DNA from: Octopus vulgaris
Taxonomy: Eukaryota
NCBI GenBank assembly: GCA_951406725.2
Contig: OX597819.1
Location: forward strand, 34,534,001 to 34,598,000
DNA: 64,000 nt
Reading direction: 5' to 3'
Shown one piece after another: positions 55,248-64,000 of this stretch. The notes under the pieces are model-generated. The model did not search any database. It saw only the letters and a program-made list of their open reading frames with translations, and was not told the DNA's origin. How positions within the stretch are numbered: the first letter of the stretch is position 1; each line of letters starts with the position of its first letter. Both the position numbers and the translations under genes were made by a program.

Positions 55248-56159
55248 GTGAGGTGGCAGAATCGTTAGCACACTGGATGAAATGCTTAGCAATATTTTGC
55301 CCGTCACTACCTTCTGAGTTCAAATTCCACCAAGGTTGGCTTTGTCTTTCATCCTTTTGGGGGTGGTAAAATAAGTACCAGTGAAACACTGGGATCAATG
55401 TAATTGACTAGTCTCCTCCCACAAAATTTCAAGCCTTGTGCCTTTAGTAGAAAGGATTATTTCCATAGCAAAGGCGGAGGTATTGTTTCCAGTTGTGTCT
55501 GTTTGTTTGTCCATAGACAAAATATCTCAAGAACCGCCGGATGAATTCAGATGAAACTTTCAGGGATGTTTGGCCTCGTGACTAGCACGAACTGATTTTA
55601 GGATTGATCCGGTACTGGACAATAATTCTGGATTATTTTTCCAGTTTTTTTTACTTAGTTTTTGAGAGCAGTCGGGTTCATTTTTATTATTCTCGTTTGT
55701 GAAGGAGTTTAGTTTATTTTAGATATTCTCATTTTAAAAATCATCTCTGGTTAATCATTGAAAGGACGTTGGTGTTACCTTATTACTATTATTGGTCAAA
55801 TTAAATGTTACCTTATTACTATTATTGGTCAAATTAAATATAGAGGTGCTTGATAAGCACCTCTATATATTCTGGTTTCAAATCTTGCCAAGCTCAACTG
55901 GTTTTCAACATTCAGTGAATACTAATTATATTACAAAAATAAGTACTAATTATATAATTAATTTAATCAACTGTACCTATATTCCTACAATGTGTTGTTT
56001 TCTACAGAAGGAGAAATCAATATTTTCCTAACAAAATTTGAATTTCAGAAGGAAATGACAATTTTAAAATTAAACAGAAACAACAAAACTGTATAATTTA
56101 TTTTGTAATTTAGTGGGGAAAGAAATGGAGAGAGAGGTGGAGGAAGAGAGAGAGAGAGA

Positions 56160-56204
<45 letters not shown>

Positions 56205-56364
56205 AGAGAGAGTGTTGTTTTCTGGTAGATGAGAATATTGTCTGGTCTACTCCACTGTATTGTTGCCTAACAATATTTTCCTCTGCTAAGTTCATCAGCT
56301 ATAGATTCTAAACCAACCCATAACACTGCACACACATTCACATGCACACAGACACACACATATG

Positions 56365-56401
<37 letters not shown>

Positions 56402-57164
56402 GCATGCACATACACATAGGATAAGTGACATATTTGACTGTTATTTTTAATATTAAATAATATTATTGAATAGGCACAGGTGTAGCTGTGTGGTTAAGAA
56501 GCTGGTTTCTTAACCATATGGTCTTGGGTTCAGTCCCACTGCACAGCACCTTTAACAAGTGTCTTACTATAGCCCCAGGCCAACCAAAGTGTAGGGAGCA
56601 GGTTTGGTAGACGGAAACTGAAAGAAGCTTGTCACATATATCATAATCATCATCATCATTTAATGTCCGTTGTCCATGCTGGTATGGGTTTGGATGGTTT
56701 GACTGGGCTGGCATGTTGCAAGGCTGCACCAGGATCTAATCTGATTTGGCACGGTTTTCTACAGCTGGATGCCCTTCCTAACGCCAACCACTCCGAGAGT
56801 GAAATGGGTGCTTTTATGTACCACCAGCATGGGTGCTATTTGTGTGATGCCAGTATCTGCCAAGGCTGCAATTTTACTTGGCTTGATGGGTCTTCTTGTC
56901 AAGCACGACATAATGCCAAAAGTCTCAGTCATTGCCTCACTGAGACCTTTGCCTCTATGAAGCTCAACACTTGAAAGGAACTCAGCCACCTTGCCTCTGT
57001 GAGACCCATTCAAAAAGAACTCAGCCACTTTGCCTCCACGAGGCCCAACATGCAAAAGGGCCTCAGCCACTTTGCCTCCATGAGGCCTGACATTCAAATG
57101 TTTTTTTTTTTTTTTACAAGCCACCAGCTCAGGTGCACTTGGCTTAATGGGTCCTCTTAAGCAG

Positions 57165-57497
57165 AGCACATTGCCAAAGGTCTCAGTCGCTAGTCATTGC
57201 CTCTGGGAAGTTCAAAGTTCAAAGGTCATGCTTCACCGCTTCATCCCATGTCTTCCTGGGTCTACCTCTACCACAGGTCCCCTCCACAGTTAGAGATCAA
57301 CACTTCTTTACACAACTGTCCTCGTCCATATGCATTACATGACCATACCAGCGCAGTTATCTCTCTTGCACACCACATCTGATTCCTCTTATGCCCCACT
57401 TTTCTCTCAAGATGCTTACACTCTATTGAACATGCACACTGATATTGCACATCCAGCCAAGCATACTGGTTTCATTTCTCTCAAGCCTATGCATGTC
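57165..57497 (-). mobile_element. RTE-clade LINE C-terminal fragment, continuing into an RTE-tailed repeat down to ~56640
   Basis: The minus strand gives LRWYGHVMHMDEDSCVKKC..VEGTCGRGRPRKTWDEAVKHDL, and a (GAT)n tail lies at 56640. Confidence 0.8.
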
Positions 57498-57514
57498 CTC
57501 ATATATATACTAAA

Positions 57515-57838
57515 AGGAGCACTCCGTCGGTTACGACAACGAGGGTCCCAGCTGATACGATCAACAGAACAGCCTGCTCGTGAAATTAACGTGCAAGTGG
57601 CTGAGCACTCCACAGACACGTGTACCCTTAACGTAGTTCTCAGGGAGATTCAGCGTGACACACAGTGTGACAAGGCCGGCCCTTTGAAATACAGGTACAA
57701 CTCATTTTTGCCAGCTGAGTGGACTGGAGCAACATGAAATAAAGTGTCTTGCTCAAGGACACAACGCGTCGCTTGGAATCGAACTCACGACCTTACAATC
57801 GTGAGCCGAATGCCCTAACCACTAAGCCACGCGCCTTC
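57515..57838 (-). mobile_element. tRNA-derived SINE (head B, tail type 2)
   Basis: The head gaaggcgcgtggcttagtggtt...ggttcgag-type and ttgagcaagacact core are joined to the same 3' module as 35839 and 45901. Confidence 0.85.
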
Positions 57839-58286
57839 ACCCATATATATATATATATTGTTTGTCTGTCCACAAGACCTTGGGTGTATGTATGCCTATA
57901 TATGTGTGTGCTTACATTAACATGCACATACTTATCAAAATAATTTTTCTCTTATTCTTCTATCTTTTGTCATTTATTTACAGCTATGTGTAGACCCATT
58001 AACTGTATATATAAAAAAATAAACTGTATCCATTCCCTCTCATTCAAAACATGAAACCTATAGGCAAATAGCAACATGCTGTATAATCAAAGCAGGCAAA
58101 ACTTGAGTTTATTGAACAAGGTACATTTTGAAATGTCACCGGAAGAGACACGTCTGCACTGAAGGATGCACCATAACCAGTTCTATAGTATCTCACCCAT
58201 GAGGGAGGCTCAATGCAAGATGGGTTGAAACAATCGTTGTGATTAGTAAAGAATCTCGTGAATTCCATTTCCTCTTTCTCTCATTT

Positions 58287-58337
<51 letters not shown>

Positions 58338-59119
58338 ATGTCTTTCTGTGTGTGCATGTCTTTCTGTGTGTGCATGTGTGTGTGTGTGTGTGTGTGTGTC
58401 CCCTATTACTGCTTGACAACTGGCATTGGTTTGTTTCCATGCCTGTAACTTAGCAGTTCCACCAAAGGGATTAATAGAATCAGTACTAAGCTTAAAAAAT
58501 AAAAGAACTGGAGGTTGATTTCCCCCGGTGTAACCACAGTTGAATGCCTGAAACAAGTAAAAGATAGAATATCTAAAAGACAGTTTATTAATTTTGAGAA
58601 CTTGTATGAGTTTACCTTCCCCAAATAAACTTGATCAGGTGATTCTTTAGGCTGGATACCAGCTGCTCCTTTTCAACAGATATTGCTTCTTATCAAGAAA
58701 AATATTTTCTGAAATTCAGTCATTTGATTGGCTCTTGTTGTTGTCATTAATAATTTAACTTTTGATAGATATCCTATCCCCCCACCCATAAACTACTTCT
58801 ACTGACAACTCCCAGCATTCTCTACAGTTCTCTTTCTTCATTAGAAGTATCTGCTTGTCTGGTTTACTTAATACCTCAGTTGCAATCTTCATAATGTCTA
58901 GTTTAGTTAAATAACAACCCAATTTAATGTAGAAATATCTTGTTTGCTTAAATAATACCCCAATTGTAATGTCTATAAGCAATTCTACTCCAAATAGAAT
59001 GGAGAGAGAAATGGAGTAACAAGAACTATTGAGAATCCCTTATCCAAAATCCCCAAGACTAAAAGTTTTTTTGAAGATTTCAGATTTTTTTGTGGATTTC
59101 AGAGTATTTTAATATTAAC

Positions 59120-59645
59120 GTGCAACCGTTCAACGACGTGCAACCAAGAGAATACCCTCCATCAGGCATTTGCCATACTATGAACGCCTTACTTCTCTGG
59201 GCATGGATACATTGAAAGTCCAACGTCTGGCAGCTGACTTGGCAGACACCCATAAAATTATTAACCATCTTACAAACAATAACTCTGAGCACCTTTTCAA
59301 ACTCAACCCATCTAACACCCGTGGGCATGTTTACAAAGTCAGAAAACAGCACAGCTCCCATGACTTTTGGAAACATTTTTTCACGCTAAGAGTTGCTGAA
59401 GCATGGAACAAACTGCCGGCATCAGTTGTTAGTTGTCGGAGCACTGCATCCTTCAAAACTTCCAGGATTCCTGAGATTCGCCAACACTACACCTGATTTT
59501 CTCCCCTCCATACACACGCAAGCATGTATCTGATTCATACACTGTTCGCTCTCCAGACATTTGTACATTACTGCATATACTTTATACGCACCTTTGACAA
59601 GTTGTGGTGCACCTGAGCACTGTATACAATAATTTCCTTATTATA
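59120..59645 (+). mobile_element. CR1/L2-group LINE 3' fragment (ORF2 C-terminus and 3' UTR)
   Basis: PYYERLTSLG..TL..RL..DL..THKII...NTRGHVYKV...FFTLRVAEAWNKLPASVV...SFK is a typical CR1/L2 ORF2 end. A UTR with a stem-loop follows. Confidence 0.88.
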
Positions 59646-62278
59646 ACATCTATAAAATGGAACAGCTTGAAGATGGAACCCAAGTCTAAACACAGTTTCC
59701 ATTTACATTTCATAATATGGCTTATATATATATATATATATATCCTGATTGCAGTAACAGATAAACTTTAAATAATTTTTTATGCGTAATACCATCAGGA
59801 AGGTAAGATATCTGTCTCCACCTACAGTGTCACATTTTGATGAAAAGGTTACAGTACACATACACCATTTGTATTTTATTTTTTACAGCATAGGTATTAG
59901 GTTCTATGTGAGATGTAAAAGCAAAGCAATGAATATGATTACAGGCAAATAAGATGAAAAGTGAAAAAAGTCAGCGTTTAACACTCATACATGGAGGTGA
60001 TATTCAGATCTCACATAAAAATAATGCTTTGTGCTTACTGCACAAAAAACAAAACATAATGATTACTGCTTACAAACTTAAAGATAAAAGCCCGCCAAAT
60101 AGGTGCAGGAGTGGCTGTGTGGTAAGTAGCTTGCTTACCAACCATATGGTTATGGGTTCAGTCCCACTGTGTCGCACCTTGGGCAAGTGTCTCCTACTAC
60201 AGCCTTGGGCCGACCAAAGCCTTGTGAGTGGATTTGGTAGACAGAAACTGAAAGAAGCCCGTCGTATATATGTATATGTATATATATGTGTGTGTGTTTG
60301 TGTGTCTGTGTTTGTCCTCCCAACATTGCTTGACAACCGATGCTGGTGTTTTTACGTCCCCGTAACTTAGCAGTTTGGCAAAAGAACAGATAGAATAAGT
60401 ATTAGGCTTACAAAGAATAAGTCCTGGGGTCGATTTGCTTGACTAAAGTCGATGCCCCAGCATGGCCACTGTCAAATGACTGAAACAAATAAAAGAGTAA
60501 AAGAGTAAACATGTCATTTCAAAATAAAAAAACTTTTGGATTTTGGAATTTTGGATAAAGGATTATCAACTGCATAAACCCCTATATCTATGTAGGGCCT
60601 TGCATACAGGTATATCAACATATAGAAGCACACATATATTTTATTCTTTTCTTGTTTCAGTCATTAGACTATGGCCATGCTGGGGCACCACCTTGAAGAA
60701 TTTTTAGTTAAATCAATCAACCCCAGTGCTTTTTTTCAAGCTTAGTACTTATTCTATCAGTGTCTTTTGCCAAACTGTTAAGTTACAGGGATGTAAACAC
60801 ACCAACACATGTTGTCAAGTGGTGCAGGCGAGGTGACAAACACAGACACAAAGACACACACACATAAAGATATGTATATGCTTATATATACAACGGATTT
60901 TCTTCAGATTTCACCTACCAAATCCACTCACAAGGATCCAGTCAGCCCAGCAAACAAAATCCTGCAAAGCATTTTGCCTGGCATGCCAATGATTCCACCG
61001 GCTCACCACCTTTATCTGTTATATAAAATCCGTTCTGTTTGTCTGTGCGTGTGTCTTCTTGGATCTCAGGCATCCTCCATCCGATTGCACTTAAATTTGA
61101 TATGTAGATACCGACGGTATCAGGGCGTGTATAAGTCTTGAAAAAATTACAAAAATCGATTCAAGGTGAGAATGCAACCAATAAAGTCGTGGGAACATGC
61201 ATTTGTACGTGCAAGTACATCTGCTGTTGTGATCAATACTACACATATGCGAGTAAAATGCACGTGCAGTTTGCACAAAAGAAGTCGGCTGGCTTGAAAT
61301 AATGCCACAAAATGCAGCATATTTAAGAGACCAAAATAGTAAGATGCAAAAGAGATATTTTCTTCAAACTTGGCATGAAGGAAGGAAAGACTATTTGATT
61401 TCTCAAGATGTTTTTTTTTTCCTTAATTTAGGTTAAATCAGTGTTTCTCAAATCAGTGTTTTGAGAAAATTTGGTTTAAATGCACCGTCCATTGGACAGG
61501 GAGTGTTTTGCTTGTATACACGTATAATAGAAATCTATTTGTAACAACAGAAATATCTACTGGCAAATAGCAAGTACTCAACAAAGAGCATATAGAGCAC
61601 TCTTTTGTCTTTCTGCAGACAATATTTTTTACTTCCAGTGACTCACTAAAATACATTAATCCAAACTGTAAATACTTAGAGAGAGAAAGGGCATCTAGCC
61701 ATAGAAATCGTGTCCAACCTCCAGGCCCCACAACAAAAAATAAAACATGAAAAGTATAACATAGCTGATCGGTTATTCTCTACTACTTTGTATAATAGAT
61801 GATGAAGGACTGTGATGAATGGCAAGTTGCTGTGATACCTGTCCCTTTCATTCATTCATTCATACATGCACTGACCCATACATATAGATGTGTATGAATA
61901 TGCCTGTTGGTGCATGGCTTGATGGCTAGAGCAATGGGTTCACTATCATGAGGTAGTGAGTTTGATTCCTGGCTCAGACTGTGTGTTGTGTTCTTGAGCA
62001 AGACACTTTATTTCATGTTGCTCCAGTTCATTCAGCTGTAGAAATGAGTTGCAACAACCCTGGTGTCAAACTGTATCAGCCTTTTCCTTTCCCTCAGATG
62101 ATATTGGTGGCATGGAGAGGGAGGCTGGTATCAATGGGCAACTGCTGGTCTTCCAAAAATACCCTTGCCTGGACTTGTACCTTGGAGGGGATCTTTCTAG
62201 GTGCAATCCTAAGGTCATTCATGACTGAAGGGGGTCTTCACCCTTTATACATACACACATACAATGTGCTAATATATA

Positions 62279-63547
62279 CTGGGGTTGAACAAAATAACGG
62301 AAACACCTTCAAATTTCAAATAAGCTTATTTTAATATCGGGTAGGACCACCTTTGGCAGTAATTACAGCTTGAATTCTACAAGGTAAGGACTCGTACAAA
62401 GTTTGAATTGTTTCCAAAGGAATTTTTGTCCATTCTTCAGCTAAAGCAGTCTGCAGTTCTTGTAGTGATGCTGGTGAAGGATATCGACTCCTTACTTGTT
62501 TTTTCTAAAATGCACCATAAATGTTCAGTAATATTGAGATCTGGGGACTAACATCACCAGATAAGATGTTCAACTTCACTAGAATGTTCCTCATGCCATT
62601 CAGTAACAACTTTAGATGTGTGAATTGGTGCATTATCATCCTGAAAGATTGTGTTTCCTTCCGGAAACAGTTCTGCAACCATAGGATGAATTTGATCAGA
62701 TAAAATGCTAAAATAACCTTGACTATTAATTCTGCCATGAAGGAAAACCAATGGGCTGGCAGATTTCCAAAATACAGACCCCCAGATCATCACAGATCCT
62801 TCTCCAAGTTTAACAGTTGGAAGAAGGCAATCTGGGCCAAATGCTTCTTTTGGCTGTCTCCACATGTATACTCGGCTGGTGGTCAGAAATAAGGTAAATG
62901 ATGACTAGTCCAAGAAAATAACATTCTTCCACTGCTCTAGGAACCAATTCTGTAGGTTTTTACTCCACTTTAAATGCTTTGTAACATTTGTTTTTGAAAG
63001 TAGTGGTTTTCTGGTTGCTGCCCTCCCATGAAATCCAGCTTTGTGCAGCTCCCAGTGAACAGTTTTTATGGAAACTGGGTTCTCAAGGTGGTCATTAAAC
63101 TCTGCAGTACTTTTGGGAGCTGCATTTTTGTGATCCTTTCTAACAATTCAAGTAAGAGTTCGGCAGTCCCTATCTGAAAGTTTTGGTTTTCTTCTGGAGT
63201 TTTGTTTCAACACAGAGGTTTTTCCCTCTTTCTCAAGGGCTATCATTATTTTCAAGAGAGTACTTCTTAATACACCAAACATTTCGGCTGTTTTTCCTTA
63301 TGCTAGCACCTGCCATATGAGCACCAAACATTTTGACCTCTTTGAAAGTTCAATAGATCTGTCATTTTAATGAATTTTAATTACCTTTTTTCTCATATCT
63401 GAAAAGAAACAGCAATTTTGGCAAAAACATATTAAACACACTATTAATAAATCAAAAAAGGCATAAAAATAAACAAGCTTTTGATGATTTTTATAGATAT
63501 TTCAAAATTATGATGCTAGATGTTTCCATTATTTTGTCCAACCCCTG
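62279..63547 (-). mobile_element. Tc1-family DNA transposon, full length (~1.27 kb), decayed
   Basis: 27-bp TIRs ctggggttgaacaaaataacggaaaca / tgtttccattattttgtccaacccctg, with TA at the left end. Transposase motifs lie on the minus strand. Confidence 0.93.
62330..63365 (-). pseudogene. Tc1 DDE transposase pseudogene (frameshifts and stops)
   Basis: PTVKLGEGSVMIWG, IFQDDNAPIH and SPDLNITEHLW motifs. The ends are approximate. Confidence 0.88.
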
Positions 63548-63566
63548 TGTATATATATGTATGAGT

Positions 63567-63609
<43 letters not shown>

Positions 63610-63908
63610 CCAGTTTGTTTTGATCCATTCAGATCAATATAATTTTTTCCTTAATTAAATGAACTTTGATACATAGTCATTCACTCTTGTTTGCAATGTC
63701 TCAATAATGGTTTCATTGATCTTCTTTAATTCAAATAATTTCATTTCTCATTAAAAGTCGTGGATTACAATCTTATTTTGGAATAAAAGGATGAAAAATA
63801 ATTGTTTGATGTGGCATCTTTGGTTTTTAGTCTGTATCACTAGTCATATATAATTATTTACACACACACACACACACACACATATGCATACATTCATACA
63901 TATATACA

Positions 63909-63954
<46 letters not shown>

Positions 63955-64000
63955 CATCACCATCATCATCATTTAATGTCTGTTTTCCATGCTGGCATAG

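Noticed and set aside
58150-58245. CTGAAGG...GAAACaatcGTT hammerhead-like motif
   Set aside because: The core is imperfect and no stem I forms in the correct register.

Overview
AT-rich, microsatellite-dense eukaryotic DNA, almost certainly intronic or intergenic. The SINE repertoire resembles octopus/coleoid cephalopod repeats; this is recognition from memory, not a database result. I found no host-gene exon that I can support, and nearly all listed ORFs are translations of microsatellites or SINEs. The window contains many tRNA-headed SINEs, decayed LINE 3' ends (CR1/L2, RTE, probable R4/Dong), a decayed full-length Tc1, several MITEs (mariner, piggyBac, hAT), Helitron/Helentron-like elements and minisatellites. 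The most interesting signal is four sequence-unrelated fold-back insertions inside (TA)n tracts. Three share the layout (TA)n - inverted arm - loop - arm - unique tail - (TA)n. The largest (11032-13300) carries the GIY-YIG end of a Penelope-like retroelement. The fourth (49556-50121) is non-coding, has a well-formed minimal type I hammerhead ribozyme, and is circularly permuted, which suggests a ~490-nt circular or tandem retrozyme-like RNA template.
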